From an uncultured Chlamydiae bacterium (GTDB taxonomy: Bacteria; Chlamydiota; Chlamydiia; Chlamydiales; JAJFMA01): a DNA stretch of 64,000 nt. Positions within the stretch are counted from its first letter, which is position 1. Every line of letters starts with the position of its first letter. Position numbers and translations under genes: made by a program. Below the pieces are notes generated by a model. It was not told the DNA's origin and ran no database searches. It worked only from the letters and a program-made list of their open reading frames with translations. The stretch is taken from assembly GCA_963713615.1 (NCBI GenBank), contig CAVQMM010000001.1, positions 3,168,001 to 3,232,000 on the forward strand. Direction: 5' to 3'. Shown here piece by piece: positions 9,276-19,511 of this stretch.

Positions 9276-9450
9276 GGGCGATGCCCTGGCCTGTTGCAAT
9301 ATCGACCCTTCGGGCCTGGGAAGTGATAAAAGCCTGTGTCCACACCAGATAGTGCCATGCTGCCTGAGCTCTCTAGAATCGCCTACTAGCCAAAAAAGAT
9401 AACCTTTTTTACCCAAGAATCGATTCTCAAGGGCTCAAATAATTTTGCAA

Positions 9451-10275
9451 TTACCTCTTTATGTCTTTTTGGTCCTTTAGGGCATTTTTAACCTTTCCGA
9501 AGAGCTGGCAGGCGTTGCGTTGCGTGGCGTTCGCTACCTCGGTAATAGACACGTTTTTTACGGCAGCGATGACCGCGGCTACCTCTGGTAAAAACGCGGG
9601 TTCATTGACCTTTCCACGATGACTTTGCGGGGCCAGATAGGGAGAGTCCGTTTCGATCAATAGCTGGTCTAGGGGCACATGACGAGCGACTTCGCGGAGC
9701 TGTTCACTTTTCTTAAAAGTGACAATACCGCTGAGTGAGAGATACCACCCGCGCTTAAGGACTTCTTCAGCTTCGGCTAGAGAGCCTGTAAAGCAATGTA
9801 ACACTCCACGAGCGTGCTTTCCCTTCACGACATAATCGCTATCGAGGATCTCAAGCAGATCAGCGAAGGCATCGCGACAATGGATGATCACGGGTAGGTT
9901 GCATTCTAGAGCGAGTGCCAGATAGCGACGAAGAAAATGCTGCTGGAGCTGCCTGTCCGAATGCTCGTAGAAATAGTCAAGACCCGTTTCTCCTACTGCA
10001 GCCAATAAACCTTTTTTGGCACATTCCGCAAAGATAGGGAACAGCTCTTCTCCCTCTTTAGCCACATCATGGGGTGTTGTGGCACCAGCATTAAGGATCC
10101 AGGGATGGCTTAGGGCCAGCTTCAGCCCTTCCTCTAGGCTAATCCGGTCCGTGCAGATATTAGTGATATGCCTTACACCTGCTTCCCAGGCCGTTTTTGC
10201 CAAGGAATCAGCCTGTCCCACCAATTGATGGGACGTTAGATGTGCATGGCTATCAAAGTAGGTAACCTCGTTCAC
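9451..10275 (-). CDS. tatD: TatD-family deoxyribonuclease
   Basis: DSHAHL, VGETGLDY, IIHCRDA, VLHCFTG, LIETDSPYLAP. Confidence 0.95.
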   Translation of the reverse strand: MNEVTYFDSHAHLTSHQLVGQADSLAKTAWEAGVRHITNICTDRISLEEGLKLALSHPWILNAGATTPHDVAKEGEELFPIFAECAKKGLLAAVGETGLDYFYEHSDRQLQQHFLRRYLALALECNLPVIIHCRDAFADLLEILDSDYVVKGKHARGVLHCFTGSLAEAEEVLKRGWYLSLSGIVTFKKSEQLREVARHVPLDQLLIETDSPYLAPQSHRGKVNEPAFLPEVAAVIAAVKNVSITEVANATQRNACQLFGKVKNALKDQKDIKR

Positions 10276-12554
10276 CGATTCACTGCCGCCGTGTGTTGCC
10301 CAGAAATAGATTCCTTGACGACTGTTGTCTGAAGCTTGTCGAGATACTTACTGACGACATCGGGGGTTAGAACCTGGGGGAGAATGAGAGGTGTTTCCTG
10401 ACCAGGAATATAAAGCAGGTAAAGGGGGACACCGTTACGTCCATAGCGTCGCAGTTCTTGAGTAATCGCTGGATTAGGGCGGGTCCAGTCGGCCTTAATT
10501 TTGACAACGCCTAAGTCTTCAAACTTTTGCTCAATGTCGTTAAGGGAAAGGACGAGATGATTGGCCTGGCATATCACGCACCACTTAGCTGTGAAATCGA
10601 TGAAGACTGGCTTGCCCTCAGCACGCAGCTGTTCAAGCATAGCCGGGGAAAAAGAACGCCAGGCTTTAGGATGCTGCTCAATATCTGCCAACTGTCCCAG
10701 CTGTGCCCCATCAAGTTCCTCCGGTACCACCTGAGCTGAGATGACCAAGATATAGGTGCCGACGAGCCCTAGAATAATGCTGAGCAATATACCCGCTTTA
10801 CGAGTGATTTGGGGCCGAAAGGGATGGCATAGGTGTCCATAGACCCAACAGGTAACTGCCAAAACAAACAGCGCACATAGCAGCAGAAAAACACCAAGAA
10901 GAGCGGTTTGAGCACCAAATACCCATAGCAACCACAAGATCGTAGCAAATAGGAGGAAGCCCATAAACTGCTTGAACGTTAGCATCCAAGGACCCGGTTT
11001 TGGCAGCCATTTAACCAGCGTTGGGAAAAGTGTTAGCATGAAGTAAGGAAAGGCCATGCCCAGCCCTAAAAACGTAAAAATCAACAATGCAGAGGGTGGC
11101 GGTAGCGTCACCGCGAAGCCAATAGCAGCGCCCAAAAATGGTCCAGTACATGGCGTCGCTACGGCGGTCGCTAAAATCCCATTGAAGAAGGAGCTAGATA
11201 GGCCTATAGAGTGTTTTGCATTGTGACTTTCGCGTTCTCCAGCCCAGGAGGCCACCCCAAGGCCTATTTCGAAAACGCCAAAGAGGCTAAGAGCAAAGAC
11301 TAATAGGACTGCTGCCAAGATGGCTACAAAGATGGGCTCTTGTAGCTGAAAGCCCCATCCTACAGCGTGACCATATGCCTGTAGTATCAACAAGACTCCG
11401 GCCAAAATCCAAAAAGATACTAATACACCAGCGGTGAACATCAATCCATGCTTCACTGTAGACAAACGACTGTGTCCGGCCATCTTGACGATGCTCAGCA
11501 CTTTTAGTGAGATCACCGGAAGGACACATGGCATAAGGTTCAGGATCATTCCCCCGACAAAAGCCATCAGAAGAGCCAAGGCCATTCCACCTTCAAACTC
11601 ATGCATATTAGCACCAGCAGTGACACTATCAGAAGTTGAAGCCATCGCTACCGTTTTGTCCTTTAAAGTTACCCGAACGGCAACAGCGATGTTTTGTTTG
11701 GAACCAGCTTGTAGTAGAAGGACACCATCAAGTTTGTCGAGAGAAGCTTCTCCGCCGGAGGCTTTGCTCAAATCGACTCTATAACCACCATCACCAGAGA
11801 GATGTGCTTTAAGTTCGGATTGATAATCCACCGTATTAGGTTGAGAGGGCAGAAAAAAAGCTGAGGTGATATTTTTATCGAGAGCTCCGGGAGGTTTTAG
11901 GGATAGCTGTACTATTCCCGATGTGTCTTTACCTTGAATATTCCAGGTGTTTAGTGGCAACGCTTGCCTAGCTTGGGTGAACAGGGCCGCATATTGTCCG
12001 TCCCGTAAAGGTGTTGCTTTGCTAACTAACAACGTCGTTTTTGCCGCGCAGTCCCCAGGAATGCAGTTACCATCATTGCAGGCTACCCAGCGTATGGTTG
12101 CCTCGACTTCTAATTCTTGACCCGCAGTGATCGCGTCATTGGGCATCACTTTAGCTAATAAAGCGTAGGAATGGTCATATCCAAACGTCACTAACCCCTT
12201 TTCTGTAAAACGATGTGGGGTAGGCCATTCGAGAGAGAGAACCTTAAAACCGGGAGGTAATGCCCATTCCACCGATGTGGCAAGACCGCTGTCTCCAGCA
12301 TTCTTCCAGTATGTATGCCACTCTTTGTCCATCTTTACGCGCAAGGCTAGCCAAAAGGCACGACCCGATTGGATGCTCTTTTCCTCGGGGATAAGGCTAA
12401 GCTGAATCGGCTCCCGCTGCATCACCGTATCCTGATGACTAAAGGCCGAAAAATCAGGCGTTGCAGAGGTCAGAAAATCGCTGGCTTGAAGGCCTGTGGC
12501 CGAAAATACTGCGATTAGGCTCCAGATGAGCATTCTTACCAAACGATTCAACAT
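10272..12554 (-). CDS. dsbD: Thiol:disulfide interchange protein DsbD
   Basis: WHTYWKN, ACNDGNC, LNLMPCVLP, TPCTGPFL, FTAKWCVIC; ATG at 12554 has a GGAGGGG RBS. Confidence 0.93.
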   Translation of the reverse strand: MLNRLVRMLIWSLIAVFSATGLQASDFLTSATPDFSAFSHQDTVMQREPIQLSLIPEEKSIQSGRAFWLALRVKMDKEWHTYWKNAGDSGLATSVEWALPPGFKVLSLEWPTPHRFTEKGLVTFGYDHSYALLAKVMPNDAITAGQELEVEATIRWVACNDGNCIPGDCAAKTTLLVSKATPLRDGQYAALFTQARQALPLNTWNIQGKDTSGIVQLSLKPPGALDKNITSAFFLPSQPNTVDYQSELKAHLSGDGGYRVDLSKASGGEASLDKLDGVLLLQAGSKQNIAVAVRVTLKDKTVAMASTSDSVTAGANMHEFEGGMALALLMAFVGGMILNLMPCVLPVISLKVLSIVKMAGHSRLSTVKHGLMFTAGVLVSFWILAGVLLILQAYGHAVGWGFQLQEPIFVAILAAVLLVFALSLFGVFEIGLGVASWAGERESHNAKHSIGLSSSFFNGILATAVATPCTGPFLGAAIGFAVTLPPPSALLIFTFLGLGMAFPYFMLTLFPTLVKWLPKPGPWMLTFKQFMGFLLFATILWLLWVFGAQTALLGVFLLLCALFVLAVTCWVYGHLCHPFRPQITRKAGILLSIILGLVGTYILVISAQVVPEELDGAQLGQLADIEQHPKAWRSFSPAMLEQLRAEGKPVFIDFTAKWCVICQANHLVLSLNDIEQKFEDLGVVKIKADWTRPNPAITQELRRYGRNGVPLYLLYIPGQETPLILPQVLTPDVVSKYLDKLQTTVVKESISGQHTAAVNR

Positions 12555-12814
12555 ATCTCCCCTCCCAGGTTGGTAAGGCTGATGACGCGTCTCGACGACC
12601 GAGTGTGGTATATGGTTCCAGATAGCGAGATTACCAGGGTATAAGAATAAATATAACAAGTTTTCTGGTATCCTATTTTTTGGCCTTTATAGAAAACAGG
12701 GAATTCGGACTCCGAAGAACCCTGCTACTTGGCTTGACAAATTGGTGTTATTTCACGTATTAAGCTTCCATCCCTTAAAGGATAAGTGAGCTAAAAGTAA
12801 AGGTTAGTAGTGCG

Positions 12815-13555
12815 ATGATTGTAAGTGTTAAGTTATTAGGAGTCAACCCTTTCGTCCAGGCTTTCACCGAATCGGACCTGTTGGGAAAGGCTATTTTTGT
12901 CGCCCTTATTCTCTTATCCGTCATCACTTGGATCGTTCTCCTCTATAAAGTTAGGTTAATGCAAAAAGCGCGCCGCTATTCAGAGCGATTTCAAGAGGAA
13001 TTTGAGGCGCACCGTCATAATCCGCTGAACTTTAGCTCAGGAATTTGCGAAAAAACAGAAAGTAATCCATTTTTGAGTCTCTATCTCAAACTCAAGGGTT
13101 ATACGGTTGATCTGCTCAACAAGAACCGTTGTTTTGGTAATAAGGGCGAAACGGCTGCTTCTTCTTACCTTTCACCCGCCGACATCGATTTGGTGGGAGC
13201 TCATCTATCGACGGTGATCTCTTCCGAAGCTAAGGGTCTAGAGCGAAATCTCTATATTCTTTCCACTGCCGCCAGCCTCGCCCCATTTCTTGGATTGCTC
13301 GGTACTGTCTGGGGGATTTTAGCGACTTTTTCCCAGCCGCAGCTTCTTGGAACCGGAGGTTCGCATGCTATTCTCGGTGGAATTTCCCTGGCCTTGGTAA
13401 CAACAGTCTTGGGTTTGCTCAACGCTATTCCGGCTCTTATTGGATACAACTATCTTAAAGATTCCGTCAGTGATTTTGAGACATCGATGGAAGAATTTTC
13501 TAGCGATGTTCTGAGTTCCGTAGAGCTGCAGTATCGCCAAGTTGACCTTAAATGA
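12815..13555 (+). CDS. tolQ: TolQ/ExbB proton-channel protein
   Basis: APFLGLLGTVWGI, GISLALVTT, AIPALIGYN. Confidence 0.9.
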   Translation: MIVSVKLLGVNPFVQAFTESDLLGKAIFVALILLSVITWIVLLYKVRLMQKARRYSERFQEEFEAHRHNPLNFSSGICEKTESNPFLSLYLKLKGYTVDLLNKNRCFGNKGETAASSYLSPADIDLVGAHLSTVISSEAKGLERNLYILSTAASLAPFLGLLGTVWGILATFSQPQLLGTGGSHAILGGISLALVTTVLGLLNAIPALIGYNYLKDSVSDFETSMEEFSSDVLSSVELQYRQVDLK

Positions 13556-13562
13556 GGTTTTC

Positions 13563-13979
13563 ATGAGGCGACGTTTTCGGACATCACATACAGAGCCAGT
13601 TATTAATCTTACGCCACTCATCGATGTCGTTTTTGTGATATTGATCGTTTTTTTGATTGCAGCGCCCCTGCTAGAACTCGAACAGATTGATATCGCCAAG
13701 GGTGGTCATCATGATGCCCCAGCTTCTAGGAGTGTGCAGTCCAAAAGTCTTGTTACCGTGTATGTAAGACCCGATGATACGATTTGGTTTGAAGATCAGC
13801 GACGGGATCTGATGGATCTTGCCCTAGTGTTGCGTGAAGCTCACCAGCGATATCCTCATGTCATTCCGCAGCTTATACAAGATCGGCAAAGTCACTTTGG
13901 CACTCATCAGGCTGTAAAAAATGCATTTGAAGTCGCTGGTTATCAGGAGCTGGAATTGATTCTTCGGCCCGGGGATTGA
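13563..13979 (+). CDS. tolR: TolR/ExbD protein
   Basis: INLTPLIDVVFVILIVFLI motif. Confidence 0.9.
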   Translation: MRRRFRTSHTEPVINLTPLIDVVFVILIVFLIAAPLLELEQIDIAKGGHHDAPASRSVQSKSLVTVYVRPDDTIWFEDQRRDLMDLALVLREAHQRYPHVIPQLIQDRQSHFGTHQAVKNAFEVAGYQELELILRPGD

Positions 13980-13980
13980 T

Positions 13981-14709
13981 ATGCGTAGCCTAACCGTAAA
14001 AAGGCCAAATATCCGGGCAATCATTAGCTTGGTCTTGGTGGTTCACGGTCTGCTCGCCCTATCTATTGCTTGGGATCCTGTATTACCAACTCGATCCATT
14101 GCACCGCGACGTCCGGTAGTTGTTCGTGTGGTAGCATTGGCGGAATCCAGGCCGGTGGTGGTAGCTCCAGTCGCTGAAAAGCCGGTGCCACCTCCAGTAC
14201 CGAAGCCACCAGCAAAGGCACAGAAGAAACCCACACCTACAAAGCCACCGACACCTACGAAAAGTCAAGCGAAGCCCAAACCGACCGCTTCTGTAACATC
14301 AGCCCGTACGGCAGCATTGGAAAAGGCACGGGCCTCGCTGGCAAAGCTGCAACACGTAGCGGAGGGGAGTGTGGTGTCTACGGAGAGTATAGATTTGGTG
14401 GTCCCAGACCTATCAGCTGCTCCTATGGCTGCTGTTGAAGTAGCTGTTATGCCCCCTTACTCGGAGGAGTTGACCACGAGGTTGAAGACGTTGCTAAAAT
14501 TGCCTGAATATGGATCGGTGAAAGTACAGTTGACCTTGAAACGACTAGGTTTTGTCAATCGAGTGGAAATATTGCAGGCTGAAAGCCAAGTCAACCGGAC
14601 TTATGTTGAGAAGGAGTTGCCCGCTCTCAAGTTCGCTGATTTTGGCAAATTCTTTCCAGGCGAGGAGGAGCATTCTTTTACTCTCGTGCTCAGTAATGAC
14701 CTCTATTGA
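13981..14709 (+). CDS. TolA/TonB-like protein
   Basis: N-terminal TM segment with His, Pro/Lys-rich linker, position between tolR and tolB. Confidence 0.75.
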   Translation: MRSLTVKRPNIRAIISLVLVVHGLLALSIAWDPVLPTRSIAPRRPVVVRVVALAESRPVVVAPVAEKPVPPPVPKPPAKAQKKPTPTKPPTPTKSQAKPKPTASVTSARTAALEKARASLAKLQHVAEGSVVSTESIDLVVPDLSAAPMAAVEVAVMPPYSEELTTRLKTLLKLPEYGSVKVQLTLKRLGFVNRVEILQAESQVNRTYVEKELPALKFADFGKFFPGEEEHSFTLVLSNDLY

Positions 14710-14753
14710 TTTTTGTCGGATATCTCGTGATGTCGAAATAGCCGTTCAAACCT

Positions 14754-14979
14754 TCACAATCGTATTTCGGCGCGTAGCGCTTTGGAGTGCGTGTCGCTCG
14801 CGACCGCTTTGGATTTGGGCGAGCCTATTGAATCGCGCACCGTTCTACGGAGGCTGCCCCCCCCACAGTTACCCCTAGAGAGAAGGGTTACGTTTCTTGC
14901 AATGCCAACTTCGCCCAAATCCAAAGCGGTCGCGAGCGACACGCACTCCAAAGCGCTGCGCGCCGAGATACGATTGTGA
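14754..14979. repeat. REP-like palindrome family A, intact copy
   Basis: About 68-bp inverted arms TCACAATCGTAT...ATACGATTGTGA; followed by a solo MITE end (14987-15012) and a partial arm. Confidence 0.9.
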
Positions 14980-15138
14980 GGGCGCAGTTAGTTGCTTAAG
15001 TTGATGCCTATGACTCCAAAGCGCTACGCGCCGAGATATGATTGTAAGGGCTTTGGCGCAGTTGCATGGACAAAACCTAAGCACGTGTGGTATACATTAC
15101 CGCGTTCCCTAAGATAGGTTCAGATTTCGGAGGTCCTC

Positions 15139-16545
15139 ATGATGCGTCGGCTCGCTAGTTTTGCATTTACACTACTCATGGCTTGGTCTTCTCTGTTCAG
15201 CGAAGAGGCTCAAGAGCTTGTTGTGAAATTACCCACGTCTACGCCACTACTCCCCATGTATGTGGCACAGATCACTAGTGAGGACACCGAGTTTGATCAC
15301 GGTTATCTGGCAAAACTACAGTCTGTATTGCGTTATGATTTCGATAATAATGCCTTGACGCAACTACTTGGGCCTAATGCTGAAAAGGAAGCTCTGGCTG
15401 CACGTTCTTATGGAGAGCCTGAGTCTGCCCTGTCATCATGGCGCGCAGCTCATGTCATGTACGTCATTATTCCTCGCGTACAAGCGAACCACCTTTCTCT
15501 GCGCCTCATTGCAGTCAATAACCAAGTGGTTAAAGAGCTTAGTGATATCGCCCTCAGTGGGGATTTGGAGGAAGATCGTCACCGAATTCACTTGGTATCC
15601 GATTCTGTACATCACGAGCTTTTTGGTGTCGAAGGCATTGCCACAACACGAATTTTGTATACAAAGCGTTTCGTGAATTCAACCGGAAAGCAGGTTTCGG
15701 AGGTTTGGGAAGCTGACTACGACGGCAGCGGAGCACGTCAGATCACTCACGATGGAGCCTACTGTATTACTCCGAGCTATATCCCACCAGCTCCTGGGAT
15801 GATATCAAGGCAGTTTGTTTATGTAACCTATCGCTGGGGACCACCGAAAATCATGTACGCTTCTCTTAAAGACGGTGTGGGCCAGCGCTTCACCGATTTG
15901 CGCGGCAACCAACTATTACCTTGTGTGTCTCGTCAGCGTGACAAGGTCGCATTTATTAGCGATATCACCGGCAATCCAGACCTTTTTGTTCAGCCCTTTA
16001 GTCCTGAATATGGTGCCGTGGGCAAGCCAATGCAGGTCTTTTCTGCTCGTGGATCCACTCAGGGTAGCCCTTCCTTTAGCCCCGATGGGAAAAAACTGGC
16101 TTTTGTCTCGGATAAAGCCGGGCAACCACAGATTTATGCTATGGATCTTCCCACCGGTGGGGCTAAGCTCAAGGATTTACACCCCGTTCTCGTGAGCGTC
16201 AAAGCGCGTAATGGAACGGCTCCTGCCTGGTCACCAGATGGCTCAAAAATCGTTTTTTGCTCACAGACAAAAGGGTTACGGCAGCTGTGGCTATATGATG
16301 TCGCTACGCGCCAGGAATATCAGCTAACCTTTGGCCCTGCAAACAAGGAAAACCCTAGCTGGGCTCCAGACAGCCTGCACCTTGTTTACAATACTGCAGA
16401 CGCAGGAGATAGCGAACTCTTTCTCCTGGATCTGCATCGCCTGAAGCCCATAAAAATTGAACTGGGCGAAGGGGAAAAGCGCTTTCCCAGCTGGGAACCC
16501 CGTAGCAACAAAAGATCACGTCTTGGCTGGGAAAATAGCGCTTAA
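15139..16545 (+). CDS. tolB: TolB periplasmic beta-propeller protein
   Basis: Signal peptide, ADYDG, repeated PSFSPDG/PAWSPDG/PSWAPD motifs. Confidence 0.93.
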   Translation: MMRRLASFAFTLLMAWSSLFSEEAQELVVKLPTSTPLLPMYVAQITSEDTEFDHGYLAKLQSVLRYDFDNNALTQLLGPNAEKEALAARSYGEPESALSSWRAAHVMYVIIPRVQANHLSLRLIAVNNQVVKELSDIALSGDLEEDRHRIHLVSDSVHHELFGVEGIATTRILYTKRFVNSTGKQVSEVWEADYDGSGARQITHDGAYCITPSYIPPAPGMISRQFVYVTYRWGPPKIMYASLKDGVGQRFTDLRGNQLLPCVSRQRDKVAFISDITGNPDLFVQPFSPEYGAVGKPMQVFSARGSTQGSPSFSPDGKKLAFVSDKAGQPQIYAMDLPTGGAKLKDLHPVLVSVKARNGTAPAWSPDGSKIVFCSQTKGLRQLWLYDVATRQEYQLTFGPANKENPSWAPDSLHLVYNTADAGDSELFLLDLHRLKPIKIELGEGEKRFPSWEPRSNKRSRLGWENSA

Positions 16546-17268
16546 GCCACCGTCAATCACTAAATCAGCACCGATGATATAAGCCGATTGTGGCGAAGCC
16601 AAATAGAGCGCAGCCCCTGCAATATCTTCAGGAGACGCAAATTTGTGTGTGGGAGTATTCTCCGCAAAGCGTTTCATGGCTTCTGGATCCGATTCTCTGA
16701 TTCCATCGAATATAGGGGTGTCGACAAGGCCCGGAGAGATCGCATTAACACGGATACCGCGACTAACAAGGTCGGCAGATAGACCACGTGCCAAATGGCT
16801 TACGGCTGCTTTGGTAGAGGCATAGACGCTATGCCCAGGCCATCCAACGTGTGCTGCAGCGGATGAAATAAAGATAATGGATGCGCCTTGATTCAGGTAG
16901 GCAAGAGAGCGCTGTGCAGTGAAGTACAAGCCTTTGTAATTCACATTCACAATCTCGTCGAAGAACTTTTCATCGACGTCGCTAACTTGTCGAGCTCCTG
17001 CTATGCCGGCGCTGGCTACCACAACATCAATGCCGCCGAATTTGGAATGTGTCTCTTTAAATAGATAATCCAAGTCTGAGATATTGCTAACATCGCCTTG
17101 AATGGCCAGGGCCTGCGGTAATGCAGAGACCGCCTCGTCCAGTTTTTGCTGATTTCGTCCGAAGATGACCACCTTAGCCCCAGATTGGCCAAACGCCTTA
17201 GCGGTCGCTAAGCCAATGCCGCTATTTCCACCAGTGATCACCACAACCTTATTCGTGAACTCATGCAT
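16516..17268 (-). CDS. Short-chain dehydrogenase/reductase
   Basis: TGGNSGIG, YASTK (YxxxK), RVNAISPG, IDGG. Confidence 0.93.
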   Translation of the reverse strand: MHEFTNKVVVITGGNSGIGLATAKAFGQSGAKVVIFGRNQQKLDEAVSALPQALAIQGDVSNISDLDYLFKETHSKFGGIDVVVASAGIAGARQVSDVDEKFFDEIVNVNYKGLYFTAQRSLAYLNQGASIIFISSAAAHVGWPGHSVYASTKAAVSHLARGLSADLVSRGIRVNAISPGLVDTPIFDGIRESDPEAMKRFAENTPTHKFASPEDIAGAALYLASPQSAYIIGADLVIDGGLSAIFPAKT

Positions 17269-17283
17269 GACTCTTCCTTTATT

Positions 17284-18246
17284 TTAGGCTACTGTGTGTT
17301 GCGCGTGGTATGGTTGGCCCGATTGGCGGATACCATAAATAACAGCGCCTAGTAGTAGCATGATGCCGCCAAGTTCCGTCGGCGGCGGTAGACGCTGTTC
17401 TAACATAAAAACGAATACCAAGCCAAAGATCGTCTCAAAGATAGTCAACTGTCCTGCTAAAGAAACAGGCAAGTAGAAGCTAGCACGATTCCAGAGAAAA
17501 GCCCCCACCCATGAACAAACAAGACCCAAGATGGCGCAACCAACCAAAAAGGTCATTAGAGAAGCATCTAGGTGCATAAATTTCTGCATATCGATTTGAC
17601 CCGTCGGCAGTAGGCCAAACACCAATCCGAAGACCCCTACCCAGCCCAGTGTTGTAACTCCCAGCATGGAGGACCATTCGCCACCAGAGATCTCAGGATG
17701 CTCCTTCAGAAAACGTGAGTTAGCCACAACATACCAGGACCACGAGGTCAAACACATCAAACTACAGATGATCCCTAATAGGAATTCATAGGGGGATTCG
17801 CTGGCTGTAAGGTGCGGAGCATTAATGATAACCAAGCCGAGTAAAATCAAAAAGGAAGGTAGCATCAGGCTGCGATAGGAACATTCCTTTTGTGTCCAAT
17901 TGCCGTAAAAGGCGATGGCGATAGGGCTGATACCTAATACAAGAGCACATACGGCAGGTGTCGCATAGCGCAGGGCCATTACCAACCAAATGTAATACCC
18001 AAAGGAAGCTACTACAGCTAGTCTTGCAGCCTTTATCCAAACAAACCTGGGATAGCGACACATTCCCGCAAGCCATTCACGACAGAAGATCGCCAAGGAA
18101 GCAATGCCGTAGAAGAAATAACGCCCCATGGCCACTTCTATGGAGGTAAAGTCCTCCAAAAACTGAGGAACGATAAATATTAACCCCCAGACAAAACAGG
18201 CACCGAGAGCAAAAATAATTCCCCTAGACCTTTCCAGCATGTTCAA
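17284..18246 (-). CDS. DMT/EamA-family transporter
   Basis: About 10 TM helices, WG near the N-terminus, FETIFG. Confidence 0.85.
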   Translation of the reverse strand: MNMLERSRGIIFALGACFVWGLIFIVPQFLEDFTSIEVAMGRYFFYGIASLAIFCREWLAGMCRYPRFVWIKAARLAVVASFGYYIWLVMALRYATPAVCALVLGISPIAIAFYGNWTQKECSYRSLMLPSFLILLGLVIINAPHLTASESPYEFLLGIICSLMCLTSWSWYVVANSRFLKEHPEISGGEWSSMLGVTTLGWVGVFGLVFGLLPTGQIDMQKFMHLDASLMTFLVGCAILGLVCSWVGAFLWNRASFYLPVSLAGQLTIFETIFGLVFVFMLEQRLPPPTELGGIMLLLGAVIYGIRQSGQPYHAQHTVA

Positions 18247-18415
18247 GCCCCTTGTTATGAAATAACAATCGTATAATATTAGTACGTAAAAATCAAATTC
18301 CCTCGTATTGTAAAAAATTAACTAAATGGGACGCCGGTTTTAGTTGTTCGTAAGTTCGTGGGGCTTTTTAGGATTTTACCACAGAGAACACAGAGACACC
18401 GAGATAGGAGAGAAT

Positions 18416-18515
18416 GTCCATTTCTTGCGCTGTACAAAATCCTGTCTGAGGGTTCCGTGGAAATACAGCCCTGTAGAGAACTTAGACAGGATTTTGTACA
18501 GCGCAAGAAATGGAC
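18416..18515. repeat. Hairpin element with about 36-bp arms
   Basis: GTCCATTTCTTGCGCTGTACAAAATCCTGTCT and its inverted complement. Confidence 0.85.
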
Positions 18516-18558
18516 CAGTCCTCAGTTTAACAAAAAAAGTTAGATTGAGCACCTGACC

Positions 18559-18657
18559 CGTTTGTGGGGCCTTAGACAAAATTCACTCTAAGGACCTCTG
18601 TAGGGTTATCCTTCGACAAAATCCTTAGAGTGAATTTTGTCTAAGGCCCCACAAACG
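18559..18657. repeat. Hairpin element with about 37-bp arms
   Basis: CGTTTGTGGGGCCTTAGACAAAATTCACTCTAAGGA and its inverted complement. Confidence 0.85.
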
Positions 18658-18784
18658 ACTCGCACTCCAAAAATCCACACCCCAGTTCGTGCACGGAAAA
18701 TGCTTTATCATTTGTCCCATTTTTGCTAGGATGCCCGGTGCAAGGATTCGTTTCATTTGACCTAACCTACAATTCGAGGCTCCC

Positions 18785-19501
18785 ATGAACTGCGCTCGTC
18801 CGTTAATCTGGATGCAATTTCTGTTCTTAACTCTAGCCCTTACTGGGTGTGGATGTCGGTCATCCTGTGATGTGTGGGAAGACTCAAAGACCGCTAGCCG
18901 TTATTTTGGCAAGGGCCTGGGAGTGCTAACTGGGAGATGTAGCGAATCTGATGAGGCTTGTTCGCGAGAAGATTTTTGCTTTTATGAAGATGACGATGCT
19001 TACTGTCAGTTTGTTCCACTGGAAGATGATTCGCCTGAAGGTCTCATGGGGATGAATCGTGTCGATTTTCCTCAGCCTCGCGAGATGCCCGGAGACCCTG
19101 GAAGCAAGCTACCAGGAATTGAGGCTTTCGTTGATCCCAGCACCGATCCTGTATTGAACAAATCCTTTCAGAACATTCAGTTTGCCTACGACAGCAGCCA
19201 GGTAAAGAGTGATGACAATGTGACTAAACTACGAGCTGTGGCGTCATTTATGAAAGCTCATCCCGACGTCTACCTATCTGTAGAAGGGCACTGTGATGAG
19301 CGCGGTCCTGAAGCGTACAACTTAGCCTTAGGGGCTCGACGTGCTAATACGGTGCGAAATATGCTGATCACTGAAGGTGTAGATAAGGACCATGTCTTTA
19401 CCATTTCCTACGGAAAGGAGCGCTTGCTGGTGCTAGATCATCACGACGAAGCACATGCCAAAAACCGTCGCGCAGAGTTCAAGGTTTATCGACCTTCCTA
19501 G
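18785..19501 (+). CDS. pal: Peptidoglycan-associated lipoprotein Pal
   Basis: Lipobox LTGC; EGHCDERG, YNLALGARRA, SYGKE, NRRAEF. Confidence 0.93.
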   Translation: MNCARPLIWMQFLFLTLALTGCGCRSSCDVWEDSKTASRYFGKGLGVLTGRCSESDEACSREDFCFYEDDDAYCQFVPLEDDSPEGLMGMNRVDFPQPREMPGDPGSKLPGIEAFVDPSTDPVLNKSFQNIQFAYDSSQVKSDDNVTKLRAVASFMKAHPDVYLSVEGHCDERGPEAYNLALGARRANTVRNMLITEGVDKDHVFTISYGKERLLVLDHHDEAHAKNRRAEFKVYRPS

Positions 19502-19511
19502 GGAGCCTTTT

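Larger units (their letters stand above)
8781..9323. repeat. REP-like palindrome family B (CCAGGGCATCGCCCTGG), interrupted by a MITE
   Basis: 8781-8831 is the inverted complement of about 9276-9323. Confidence 0.75.

Noticed and set aside
10272..12554. DsbD as a dedicated member of the MNIO cluster
   Set aside because: It belongs to the conserved chlamydial tatD-dsbD-tol block and is separated from the cluster by about 1 kb of repeats plus tatD; proximity may be coincidental.
14552..15084. Short ORFs over repeat elements (also near 4435-4920, 8618-9416, 18318-18579, 43346-43656, 61824-62091)
   Set aside because: They are mirror translations of palindromes or MITEs with no independent coding evidence.
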